Positions 18,718 through 27,837 of a stretch of DNA of 64,000 nt are shown here, in pieces. How positions within the stretch are numbered: position 1 is the stretch's first letter; the number at the start of each line of letters is the position of its first letter. The stretch spans positions 2,687,198 to 2,751,197 of the forward strand of contig CAWHEF010000002.1 of assembly GCA_963828385.1 (NCBI GenBank), in the 5' to 3' direction. Position numbers and translations under genes: made by a program. Below the pieces are notes generated by a model that searched no databases, was not told the origin of the DNA, and was given only the letters and a program-made list of their open reading frames with translations. This DNA is from an uncultured Acidimicrobiaceae bacterium (lineage in GTDB: Bacteria > Actinomycetota > Acidimicrobiia > Acidimicrobiales > RAAP-2).

Positions 18718-19603
18718 TCAGTCCTCCTCTGGCATGCCGGCCGCGGTGCCCGACGCCATATCGGGTGGCCGGTCCGAAGGGCCGGTGTGCGGCTCCTCCA
18801 CCAGGATGGCGGCCAGCTCTTCGGGGTGGTGGTCCTCGACGCGCTCCAACACCTCCCGACCGGCTGCCTCGGCGGCGAGACGAGCGTTGTCCTCGGCGGC
18901 GAACAGCTCGCCGGCGATGGAGTCCACCGACCGCCGCACGTCCTGAACCGTCTCGGCCAGGCGCTCACGGCCGGCCCGGAGCTGTTCGATCTGGGCGTGG
19001 AGGACCCGCCGGCGCTTCGAGAGGTCAGCTAAGGACGCGGGACCGGAGTGCCTGTGCCTCCTCCACCATGTCCCGGCACTGCTCGCGGGCGTGGGTCACG
19101 AGCTCGTCGGCTTCGCGACGGGCCGCCTCGAGCCGGTCGGCGGACTCGCGTTCGGTGCGATCGCGCCGTTCCCTGAGGGCCGCTTCGGCCTCGGCCGCTT
19201 GTGCCTCGATGGCCTCTGCGGCCTCTGCCCGGCGGCGTCCGATCCCGTCCTCCGCCTCACTGAGCACCTGGGCTGCCTCGGCTTCTGCCTTGGCCACGAG
19301 GTCGGCGGCCACCTCGTGGGCGCTGTGCAGGACCCGGGCCGTCTCCGTGCCGAGGGCGGAGGTGAGCGTGGGCTCGTCCAGCACGGGATTAGCGGCTCGG
19401 TGTTCGGCATCGGCCAGCTCCCCGAGCAGCTGGCGTTCGCGTTCGGACATGGCGCGCAGACCGTTGGCCACCGACTCGAGGTAGGCGCGGACCTCTTCGG
19501 GATCGAATCCCCGGCGTACCGAGCCGAAGGTGTGGTGGGAAACCTCGTCCGGGGTCAGATGGGAGGCGGTCGAGGTGATGGCAAAGGGACGATCCTCGGA
19601 CAT
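18718..19603 (-). CDS. DivIVA-domain protein (one frame break near 19035)
   Basis: The N-terminus LTPDEVSHHTFGSVRRGFDPEEVRAYLESVANGL is a DivIVA signature, followed by long coiled-coil-like Ala/Glu/Arg stretches. After ...RSRVL the sequence continues in another frame as ADLSKRRRVLHAQIEQLRAGRERLAETVQDV... to the stop at 18718. Confidence 0.8.
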
Positions 19604-19639
19604 AGGCGAGAGCCTACGACCATGGCTTCCCGAAACCCG

Positions 19640-20855
19640 TTATCCCGCGCCCGTGCCCGGAGCCGGCGTCGCGCCCACCACCGCCGTCAGTTGCCGAGGA
19701 ACGGTGCCACCGTGGGCGGCCAGCACGGCGAGCGCTTGGTCGAGCGTCGACACCTTGTAGATGGACAGACCGGCCCGGTCCTCGGTCATCGCCGCCCGGT
19801 ACTCCTGCGGTGGGACGAAGAAGATCGACGGCGCCGGCCCGCTCCACGGCCACCGTCTTCTGCGGCACGCCTCCCACATCTCCTACGTCGCCGTCGGCGC
19901 TGATGGTGCCGGTGGCGGCCACGGTGTTCCGCCCGGTGAGCGACCCTCCGGTCAGGGCGTCGATCACGCCGAGGGTCATGGCCAACCCCGCCGAGGGGCC
20001 ACCGATGTTGGTGACGTTGATCGAGATCGGGAACGGGTAGGCGAAGTCGACCTGATCCTCGGGCTCGATGCCCAGGTCGAGCGAGGCGGTGACCCCTCCA
20101 CCGAGATCGACCTCGGTACGGCGCAGCGTGACCGGAACCGGGCCCGGCGGTCTGGTCCCCCCCCGACGAACGGTGAGGGTCACGGTCTGCCCGCTGTGGA
20201 ACCGGGAGAGAGCGGTGGTGAGTGCCTCCGCCGTCGGCGTCTCCGTGCCATCGACCGCGGTGACCACGTCGCCCACCGACAGGGCACCGTACGCCGGTGT
20301 GCCGGAGAACGTACCGGCAATGACCGCACCTGCCGCCGTCTCGCCCACCTTGTACCCCAACCGCACGAGGGCGGCGGCCTTGGCCGCGTCTTCGGCCTGG
20401 GACATCTCGAGCTGGCCCTGGGCTGCCTGCTCCGAAGGGTCCGTTCCGCCGGTGACGTCGGTCAGCGGCTGGAGCGCAGTGTCGCTCTGGAGCCTGAAGT
20501 AGAGATAGGACAGTGCGGTGACCCGGGCCACCTGCACGTCGGTCAAGAGCACCGGATGGCGGACCGGATGGGCCCTGTCCGGCGGCACGGCGATGAACTG
20601 CTGCACCGACTGGGCCGATCCGGGCTGGAACGCGTAGAAGTCGAGGTTCCACCGGGACGCCACCACCACGGCCACCACGACGAGCGCCAGTACCGACCAG
20701 AGGACGGCTCGGGCCCGGTGGCGCCGCCGGCGGGGCGGTTCACCGACGGATCCAACCGCTACGCCGGGCTCGTTGTCGGACGGCGGTCCATGCCCGTCGG
20801 TCCACGCCGCCGGTTCGGTCGGCCCCCCGGCCGTGCCTCGATCATCGTGGGTCAT
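19640..20855 (-). CDS. PDZ domain plus Lon-protease C-terminal domain protein (YlbL/SdrC-like; one frame break near 19830)
   Basis: TM segment VLWSVLALVVVAVVVA. PDZ region AYGALSVGDVVTAVDGTETPTAEAL. Lon_C region NIGGPSAGLAMTLGVIDALTGGSLTG...ATGTISADGDVGDVGGVPQKTVAVERAGA, then SIFFVPPQEYRAAM...STLDQALAVL in the frame of ORF 19640-19879. Confidence 0.8.
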
Positions 20856-20864
20856 AGTGGTGGG

Positions 20865-21632
20865 ATGTCGTCTCCTCGAGGTGGTGATCCTCGGCGAGGA
20901 GGGCCACGGGCCCCGGCGGCGGGTCGAGGCACCGACGAGCATGGTGCCACGGAACCGGGGAGCGCACGCGTCGCCGCCGACCGTCGCGCCGTCGCCCTTG
21001 CCGGGCACGGCGGCGACGTCCGATCGGCCCGGCAGGCCCTCTCCCATCCCGCCGGGACGGTCCGGGCCACAGCCCTCGGCGCTCTTCGCCGTCTCGGCGA
21101 CCTCGAAGCTGCAGATCTCGAGTCGTCACTGAGGGATCCCGACCCGCAGGTCCGCCGCCGGGCAGCCGAGCTGTCGGCCACATACGGAGGAGTCGGCCTC
21201 GTCGCCACCCTCTCCGATCCCGACCCGTCAGTCGTCGAGATGGCGGCGTGGGCCCTCGGTGAGCGCTCCGACGCGACGGCGGTGCCGGCTCTCGCCGCCC
21301 TGTCCGCGACCGGGGTGGGTCACGCCGACCCGCTGTGCCGGGAGGCGGGGGTGGCGGCACTGGGATCGATCGGTGACCCCGGTGGCCTCGACGCCGTCCT
21401 CTCGGCACTCGACGACAAGCCGGCCATACGGCGGCGGGCCGCCGTCGCCCTCGCCGCCTTCCAGGGCCCGGAGGTGGACGCCGCGCTCGTGCGGTGCCTC
21501 GGCGACAGGGACTGGCAGGTCCGCCAGGTGGCCGAGGACCTCCTGGCCGTGGACGAGCGGGAAGAGGCGGACGAACCGATGGGGGACGACAGAGGTGCGG
21601 ACGGCCCGATGATCGAACCGGCGGAGGAGTAA
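20865..21632 (+). CDS. HEAT-repeat (PBS-lyase-type) protein
   Basis: Repeats DPDPQVRRRAAELS, DPDPSVVEMAAWALGE, DPLCREAGVAALGSIGDP, DDKPAIRRRAAVALA and DRDWQVRQVAEDLL. The start is uncertain: the ATG at 20865 lies only 9 bp from the divergent ylbL-like start, so a downstream GTG is possible. Confidence 0.65.
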   Translation: MSSPRGGDPRRGGPRAPAAGRGTDEHGATEPGSARVAADRRAVALAGHGGDVRSARQALSHPAGTVRATALGALRRLGDLEAADLESSLRDPDPQVRRRAAELSATYGGVGLVATLSDPDPSVVEMAAWALGERSDATAVPALAALSATGVGHADPLCREAGVAALGSIGDPGGLDAVLSALDDKPAIRRRAAVALAAFQGPEVDAALVRCLGDRDWQVRQVAEDLLAVDEREEADEPMGDDRGADGPMIEPAEE

Positions 21633-21639
21633 GGGCCGC

Positions 21640-22644
21640 TCAGCTCTCGGCGGCGGCGAAGATCGGCCGGAGATCGTCGAAGGACTCGAGGCAGTCCCCG
21701 GCGCCGAGCACCACGCACTCCAACGGGGTGGCCACCAGGTGGACGGGCACCTCGGTCTCGTCCGCCAGCCGGTTGGCCAGACCCCGCAGCATGGCGCCGC
21801 CGCCCACCAGGTGGATGCCCTCGTACATGATGTCCTGTGCCAGTTCGGGCGGTGACTCCGACAGGCACGAGAGCACGGTGTCGATGATGAGCTCGACCTG
21901 CTCGCGCACGGCGTCCCTGATCTCTTCGGGGGAGAGCACCACGGTCCTCGGCTGGCCGGTGGCGACCACCCGACCCCGGATCTCGGCCTTGACCTCGTCG
22001 GCGTAGGGAAGGGCGGAGCCGATGGCCAACTTGATCTCCTCCCCGGTGCGTTCCCCGATGGCGATGCCATGCTCGTGGCGCACGTAGGACTGGATGGCAG
22101 CGTCCATGTCGAAACCGCCGCACCGGACGGCCCGGGTGGCGACTACGCCCCCGAGGGAGATGACGGCAGTCTCGGTGGTGCCGCCGCCCACATCGACCAC
22201 CATGTTGCCGACCGGCTCGTTGATGTCGAGCCCGGCACCGATGGCGGCGGCCATGGGCTGTTCGATGAGATGGGCCGCAGAGGCGCCGGCACGCCGGGCG
22301 GCCTCCTTGACGGCCCGACGCTCAACCGAGGTGATGGCCGAGGGGACACAAATCAACACGCGTGGTCGGTTGAGCTTCGTCACCCCGGCGCGGCGCAACA
22401 AGAGGCGGATCGTCCGCTCGGTGATGTCGAAGTCGGTGATGGCTCCTTCGCGCAGCGGGCGCACGGCGACGATGTAGCCAGGGGTGCGGCCGATCATCTG
22501 CCACGCTTCGTTCCCCACGGCCAGCACCTCATGGGTCCTCGTGTTCAAGGCGATGACCGTCGGCTGGTTGAGCACGATTCCACGACCCCGGGCGAAGACC
22601 AGGGTGTTGGCTGTCCCCAGGTCGATCGCCAGGTCACGCAGCAC
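21640..22644 (-). CDS. mreB: Rod shape-determining protein MreB
   Basis: LAIDLGTANTLVF..., actin-fold phosphate motifs VVDVGGGTTETAVISLGG and IHLVGGGAMLRGL. Likely GTG start at 22644; the ORF extends to 22722. Confidence 0.92.
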   Translation of the reverse strand: MLRDLAIDLGTANTLVFARGRGIVLNQPTVIALNTRTHEVLAVGNEAWQMIGRTPGYIVAVRPLREGAITDFDITERTIRLLLRRAGVTKLNRPRVLICVPSAITSVERRAVKEAARRAGASAAHLIEQPMAAAIGAGLDINEPVGNMVVDVGGGTTETAVISLGGVVATRAVRCGGFDMDAAIQSYVRHEHGIAIGERTGEEIKLAIGSALPYADEVKAEIRGRVVATGQPRTVVLSPEEIRDAVREQVELIIDTVLSCLSESPPELAQDIMYEGIHLVGGGAMLRGLANRLADETEVPVHLVATPLECVVLGAGDCLESFDDLRPIFAAAES

Positions 22645-22756
22645 CCGCTCATCGTAGGGCCAGCCTGTCGGTGACCCGTGATCCGACCGGGCCGGCGGTC
22701 CTTCGGGGCGGGACGGCGACATCCTTTGCGACCGGCTCGTCGGTAACCTCTGGCTG

Positions 22757-24046
22757 GTGAGCGAGGCCGACGACGAGGTTCTCGGGGGTGACCCAGGGGA
22801 CGAGTGGGAGGACGACGTCGACGGCGCTCCGCTACGCGGCTGGATCCCGCCCGACGACCGGCTGTGGCGGCATCCCTCCGAGTCCGGGTCTCACCGGGTG
22901 GTCGTGGGTTTGCCGCCGTCACGTCCGGCGACGGCGGTCAGGATCTCCCCGTGGGTGCTGGGCAGCGCTGCCACGTGCGTGGTCCTGGCGCTCGTGGCAG
23001 TGGCGCTCGTCATGACCACCACCGGTGGGGACGACGTCGACGGCACGTCACGTCAGGCTCTCCGCATGGGCACACCCACCACCGAGGCCAGTCTCCAGCG
23101 GGCGTCGACGACAGAAGAGGACGGCGCTGCCGCCGTCGCCGCCGTCCGACCCTCGACCGTGGTCATGCGGGTCGGCCGCGCCTCGGGAACGCAGACGAGC
23201 ATCGCCATGGTGGTCGAGTCGGGTGGCATCGTCGTGACACCGTGGACAGCGGTGGCCGGCGCCCGCTCGGTGACGGCGATCGAACAGGACGGGACCCGGT
23301 CCGAGGCAACCCTGGTCGGGGTCGACCACCGGTCGGGCCTGGCCGTGCTCCAGGTGAGCGACGACCTCCCCGTCGCCACCTTCGGCAACAGCGACCCCTC
23401 CACAGGCTCCACCGCTCTGGCTGTCTCGATGGCGCTCGGCGACCACGGTGTCGACCGACCGGCTCCCGAGGTGTACGCCGGGGACGTCGTGTCATCCGGC
23501 CAGCCGACGGGGACCGAACCGGCCGGGTCCTTCGCCGTGACCGAGCTTGCGGCGCCCCTCACGGCCGTCGACGTCGGTTGTCCGCTGGTCGACGGCAGGG
23601 GTGACGTGGTCGGCATGCTGGCCGAGACGACGGGGTCGGGCTCGTCGACGATGTCCGTCTTCCTCCCCGCCGGCCTCGTCCTCGGCGTTGCCCGCCAGCT
23701 GGTGTCGGCCGGCACGGTCGAACCGGGATGGCTCGGGGCCACGGCATCAGACGCTTCGCCTTCGCCCGCGGGGGGATCGAACCGGCAAGGCGCCGGCGGA
23801 GCCCAGCTGAACTCGATCACGAACGGCGGTCCGGCCGCCGCCGCCGGGCTCGTGCCGGGCGAGGTCGTCACCGCCGTCGACGGCACGCCCGTGCGCACCG
23901 GCGCCGAGCTCGCCACCCAGCTCTACCCGGACCCGCCCGGCACCTCGGTCGAGCTCGCCGTCGAGATCGACGGAGCGGCGCGCACCGTCGCCGTCCAGCT
24001 CGGCGAGGGACAGGGCGCCGATCCGGCGACCGTCTCGTCGCCGTAG
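22757..24046 (+). CDS. HtrA/DegP-like trypsin-fold plus PDZ protein lacking the catalytic triad
   Basis: TM anchor, trypsin-like core and C-terminal PDZ (GAQLNSITNGGPAAAAGLVPGEVVTAVDGTPVRTGAEL). At the expected triad positions it reads TPWTAV (His to Trp), HRSGLAVLQV (Asp to Gly) and AVDVGCPLVD (GNSGGPL Ser to Val). Confidence 0.7.
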   Translation: MSEADDEVLGGDPGDEWEDDVDGAPLRGWIPPDDRLWRHPSESGSHRVVVGLPPSRPATAVRISPWVLGSAATCVVLALVAVALVMTTTGGDDVDGTSRQALRMGTPTTEASLQRASTTEEDGAAAVAAVRPSTVVMRVGRASGTQTSIAMVVESGGIVVTPWTAVAGARSVTAIEQDGTRSEATLVGVDHRSGLAVLQVSDDLPVATFGNSDPSTGSTALAVSMALGDHGVDRPAPEVYAGDVVSSGQPTGTEPAGSFAVTELAAPLTAVDVGCPLVDGRGDVVGMLAETTGSGSSTMSVFLPAGLVLGVARQLVSAGTVEPGWLGATASDASPSPAGGSNRQGAGGAQLNSITNGGPAAAAGLVPGEVVTAVDGTPVRTGAELATQLYPDPPGTSVELAVEIDGAARTVAVQLGEGQGADPATVSSP

Positions 24047-24052
24047 CATGAG

Positions 24053-25312
24053 GTGATGGCACCCCCCGAACCAGGGGAATCGGCGAACCCGTTCCAATCC
24101 TTGCTCGGCGACCTGATGAACATGCTCGGGTCGAACGCTCCGGACCAGTGGCAGATGACCACGGCGTTCGCCCACAACGTGGCCACCGGAGGGGCAACCG
24201 AGCCCAACGTCGAACCGGTCCAGCGCATCCTGCTCGAACAGCTCAGCCGGGCGGCGGAGCTCAACGTCGGCGAGGCGACCGGGCTCCCTGTCACCTCCGA
24301 CGGTGGGCGTCTCACGTGCACGGCGGTGGGCCGGGGCGACTGGACGCTGCGGGCCCTCGAGTCGTGGCGTCCGGTCATCGAGGCCATGGCGCCCGAACCT
24401 GCTCCTCCCCCGCCACCGGGCGAGGTCGCGATGCCCGAGCCCTACACCGGCGGCGACGATCCGCTCGGCGGCCTCGGCGGCCTCCTCGGACAGTGGGCGA
24501 GCGCCATCGGCCCCATGTTCTTCGGACTCCAGGTCGGCTCCGTCGTCGGGCACCTGGCCCACCGCACGCTCGGCCAGTACCCGCTCGCCCTTCCGTGGAC
24601 GCCCTCGGGCGAGCTCCTCATCGTCACCGGCAACGTCGCCTCGTTCGCCGGCGACTGGAGCCTCCCCGAGGAGGAGGCCCTCTTGTGGGTCTGTGCCCAT
24701 CAGCTGGCGGCCAACACCGTCCTGTCCCGGCCCGTAGTCCGCCTCCGGATGGAGGAGCTGTTGACCGATCTGGCCGAGTCGACGGCCGCCGCCCAGCAGG
24801 ACCTGACCGGCCGTCTCGGCGCGCTCGGGCTCCCGGAGGGCGCGGGCCCGGGTATGGACCTGGAGTCGCTCCAGGGCATGTTCGGGGATCCCGAAGCCCT
24901 GCTCGGCGAAGTGCTCACCCCCGAGTCGCGCCGGTCCTCAGAGCGCCTCACCTCGTTGGCCGTGGTGATCGACGCCTACTGCGACCACATCGCCGGCGTG
25001 GTCGGGCAGCGCATGGTGGGCTCCCATGCCCAGCTGGCCGAAGCGTGGTACCGGCGCCGAACCGAGCGGGGCAAGGGGGAGGAGGCGGCGGGCGCCCTCT
25101 TCGGTCTCGACCTCGACCAGACCCAGGTCGACCGGGGACGCTCGTTCGTCGCCGGGGTCATCGAGCGGGCCGGCGAAGACGGACTGGCCCGGCTCTGGGA
25201 ATCCGAGCGCACGCTGCCCACCCCGGCCGAGGTCGACGCTCCCGGGTTGTGGTTGGAGCGCATCAGCCTCCCCGAGCTCGACGACCCTTCGCCCGGCACC
25301 CCCGACGTCTGA
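24053..25312 (+). CDS. Zincin-like (DUF2342/PF10103-type) protein without an HExxH motif
   Basis: N-terminus NPFQSLLGDLMNMLG and overall length fit the actinobacterial zinc-dependent metalloprotease-like family. Where family members have LHE(V/A)THxxQF, this protein reads CAHQLAANTVL. Confidence 0.65.
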   Translation: MMAPPEPGESANPFQSLLGDLMNMLGSNAPDQWQMTTAFAHNVATGGATEPNVEPVQRILLEQLSRAAELNVGEATGLPVTSDGGRLTCTAVGRGDWTLRALESWRPVIEAMAPEPAPPPPPGEVAMPEPYTGGDDPLGGLGGLLGQWASAIGPMFFGLQVGSVVGHLAHRTLGQYPLALPWTPSGELLIVTGNVASFAGDWSLPEEEALLWVCAHQLAANTVLSRPVVRLRMEELLTDLAESTAAAQQDLTGRLGALGLPEGAGPGMDLESLQGMFGDPEALLGEVLTPESRRSSERLTSLAVVIDAYCDHIAGVVGQRMVGSHAQLAEAWYRRRTERGKGEEAAGALFGLDLDQTQVDRGRSFVAGVIERAGEDGLARLWESERTLPTPAEVDAPGLWLERISLPELDDPSPGTPDV

Positions 25313-25369
25313 ACCCCGTCGGGCCGGCACCCGAGCGTGCCCGGCGCCGCCCGTCCGGTCGTAGCGCGC

Positions 25370-25783
25370 TCAGGACCGGGAGTCGCCCATCGGAGCGCCA
25401 GGTGCCGGGGCGGGGGCGGTTTCGACGGTCGCGGTTTCGACGGTCGCGGTCCCGATGGACGCTCCGCCCTCGCCGGCGGGAGGCGGGATCGCCTCCTCCT
25501 CGGGTACGCCGAGATCCCATTCGAGGATGATGTGCTCCCGCTCGGCGTCGCGCCCCACCCGCTCGCGATTGCGGCGGTACTGGGGATCGTGCGGCGGGAG
25601 GAGGACCAACCTGGCCATCGTCCGCCTCCGGAACTCCTCGACCAGAGCCGGATCCCCGAACTCGGCCCGGACTTCCCAGTGGGGCGCGACCGGTCCCAGA
25701 TAGACGATGCGCACGTGCGCCACCGGCGGGGCCGGCTCTCCGTCCTCGCCCGTGAACATCGGTTCGTCGGTGACCGGGGTCAT
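25370..25783 (-). CDS. Hypothetical protein
   Basis: ORF 25370-25783 with good third-position G+C. Contains an in-frame 15-bp tandem duplication (25416-25445) encoding TATVE TATVE. No family recognised. Confidence 0.5.
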   Translation of the reverse strand: MTPVTDEPMFTGEDGEPAPPVAHVRIVYLGPVAPHWEVRAEFGDPALVEEFRRRTMARLVLLPPHDPQYRRNRERVGRDAEREHIILEWDLGVPEEEAIPPPAGEGGASIGTATVETATVETAPAPAPGAPMGDSRS

Positions 25784-25902
25784 GGCAGTTGGGGTCCTCT
25801 CAGCGGTCGGTTCACCGGCGATGCTACCCGGGGTTCCCTCGGCCCTCGGGCGTCACCGCAGGCGACGGTGGCACACGGAGGCGGACGGACGCCGCTGAGT
25901 GT

Positions 25903-25932
25903 TCATAAGAAACCCCTGGTAGCTCATAAGAA
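25903..25932. promoter_or_regulatory. Direct repeat TCATAAGAA x2 in an AT-rich patch upstream of whiB
   Basis: TCATAAGAA at 25903-25911 and 25924-25932 (21-bp period), about 180 bp upstream of the whiB ATG at 26111. This is locally the most AT-rich stretch of the neighbourhood. Confidence 0.4.
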
Positions 25933-26110
25933 TATGGTGAGGAATCCATCAAGAAGGGCTCTGGATGCAGTGGTGACGGGCTCGAGGCGCGAAACTGGAG
26001 GAGCGACGAATTGCGGCAGATTGCGGCGGGGCTGGCGCGCAGGCTCGAGCGCCCGCAGCCACCGGGAGGCCGCACCCGACCGGCGGCACGATCGAGACAG
26101 TGGAGGATCG

Positions 26111-26353
26111 ATGGACACCGAGTGGATGGGCGAGGGCAAGTGCAGGGACCTCTCTCCGACGATCTTCTTCCCGAGTGACGGCGTCGGAGTCCAGAGCGCG
26201 CAGCGCATCTGTGCCGAGTGTCCGGTGGCGGACGCCTGTCTCGAGTACGCGCTCGCCGAGCGCGTCGACCATGGTGTCTGGGGCGGCAAGTCCGAGCGCG
26301 AGCGCCGCCGGATCCTCCGACGGCGCCGGATGGCCCGACCCGTCGTGGTCTGA
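26111..26353 (+). CDS. WhiB-family transcriptional regulator
   Basis: ATG at 26111 follows GGAGGA. The four Cys are in WhiB arrangement (GKCRD...AQRICAECPVADACLEYAL), followed by GVWGG and a basic tail. Confidence 0.9.
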   Translation: MDTEWMGEGKCRDLSPTIFFPSDGVGVQSAQRICAECPVADACLEYALAERVDHGVWGGKSERERRRILRRRRMARPVVV

Positions 26354-26391
26354 CCAGAGCTACCACGGCCAAGCGCCTGTGGCCGCCCGCT

Positions 26392-27288
26392 ATGGCCTCA
26401 GCCCAGCGGTCGAACGGTTCCCTGACCGAGTGCGTCGTCAACGTGAGCGAAGGGCGTGACCGCGCCGTCGTCGATGCCCTGACCTCGGCCGGTGGCGAGA
26501 CCGTGGCCGACGTCCACACCGACCCCGACCATCACCGCACCGTCCTGACCCTGGCCGGTCCCCTCGACGATGTCGCAGAAGCGGCACGGTCGGTAGCGAC
26601 CCAAGCCGTGGCCCGCATCGATCTCACTGCCCACGACGGTGTCCACCCCCGCCTCGGGGCGCTCGACGTGGTGCCGTTCGTGGCACTGGCGCCGAGCCTC
26701 GCCCGACCGGACGGGGCGCTCCTCTCCCAGGCTCTCGATGCCCGTGACCACTTCGCCGCCTGGGCCGGGGAGTCGCTCGAGCTTCCCTGCTTCCTCTACG
26801 GCCCCGAACGCACGCTGCCCGAGGTCCGGCGCGGAGCGTTCACCACCCTCGTCCCCGCCGCCGGCCCCCCGGTCCCCCATCCGACGGCGGGAGCATCGGC
26901 CGTCGGGGCGCGGCCCGTGCTGATCGCCTACAACGTCTGGATCGGTGACGGCGGCGGTGACACCGACGGCCGCCTGGCGCATGCGGCCGCGTCGGCGATC
27001 GCCTCCGCCCTTCGGAGCCCGTCGGTACGGGCGCTCGGACTTCCCCTCGGAGCTCGGGCCCAGGTCAGTCTCAACCTGATCGACCCTACGGTCACGTCGA
27101 TCGCCGACCTCTACGACTCGGTGGCCGTTGCCGCTGCCAGACGGGGTTGTGCGGTGATCCGCGCCGAGCTGGTGGGCCTGGCGCCGCTCTCAGCCGTCAC
27201 CGCCGTCCCGCAGCACCGCTGGGCCGAGCTCGATCTGGCCGAGGAACGGACCATCGAGGCCAGGCTCGAGGATCGCACCAGGAGTTGA
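26392..27288 (+). CDS. Glutamate formimidoyltransferase-like protein
   Basis: The N-terminus LTECVVNVSEGRDRAVVDAL matches the ECVPNFSEGR signature. Also HPRLGALDVVPFV and SAVGARPVLIAYNV. ATG at 26392. Confidence 0.75.
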   Translation: MASAQRSNGSLTECVVNVSEGRDRAVVDALTSAGGETVADVHTDPDHHRTVLTLAGPLDDVAEAARSVATQAVARIDLTAHDGVHPRLGALDVVPFVALAPSLARPDGALLSQALDARDHFAAWAGESLELPCFLYGPERTLPEVRRGAFTTLVPAAGPPVPHPTAGASAVGARPVLIAYNVWIGDGGGDTDGRLAHAAASAIASALRSPSVRALGLPLGARAQVSLNLIDPTVTSIADLYDSVAVAAARRGCAVIRAELVGLAPLSAVTAVPQHRWAELDLAEERTIEARLEDRTRS

Positions 27289-27346
27289 AGATGCCACGCC
27301 CGGGGGGCTGGCGGGACAGAGCGGCTCTGACGCCGAGGTTCGCCGC

Positions 27347-27628
27347 TCAGGACGCGGAGGAAACGGCGCGGCGCTCGAGAGCACGCTGACGCCGCAACCG
27401 CCGCCGCTCGCGCTCGGACAAGCCTCCCCAGATCCCGAATTTCTCGCCGTTGGCCAGGGCGTACTCGAGGCAGTCCTCACGGACCACACACCCCCGGCAC
27501 ACTTGCTTCGCCTCTCTCGTCGACGCTCCCCGTTCCGGGAAGAACAGGTCGGGGTCGACTCCCATGCAGTTCGCTCTCGTCTGCCAGCTGCGTTCTTGGG
27601 GCCCGTACATCAATGACACCGTGTCCAT
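27347..27628 (-). CDS. WhiB-family transcriptional regulator
   Basis: ATG at 27628 follows GGAGGGAG. RANCMGVDPDLFFP...AKQVCRGCVVREDCLEYAL...GIWGGLSERERRRL. Confidence 0.9.
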   Translation of the reverse strand: MDTVSLMYGPQERSWQTRANCMGVDPDLFFPERGASTREAKQVCRGCVVREDCLEYALANGEKFGIWGGLSERERRRLRRQRALERRAVSSAS

Positions 27629-27837
27629 TGACAGGTCTCCCTCCAGTCATCCACGCGGGTTCTGCCGGGACCGGCCCAGCGGCACCGCATGGCACGGATG
27701 TAACTACAGATATGTCATCTTTGACGATCCGGGACGGAAACGCAAGCAGAAATTCCTGCTCGCCGTGTACTGCCGGCCACGCCGGCTGGTGGAACCAGGA
27801 GGCACCCGATCCGGGTGGGACGGCGTCCGTCCGGCGC

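Noticed and set aside
26111-27628. WhiB7 ortholog (expected by analogy with the mycobacterial Rv3193c-Rv3198c neighbourhood)
   Set aside because: Neither WhiB protein carries the C-terminal AT-hook (RGRP) that defines WhiB7, so they were left as generic WhiB-family calls.
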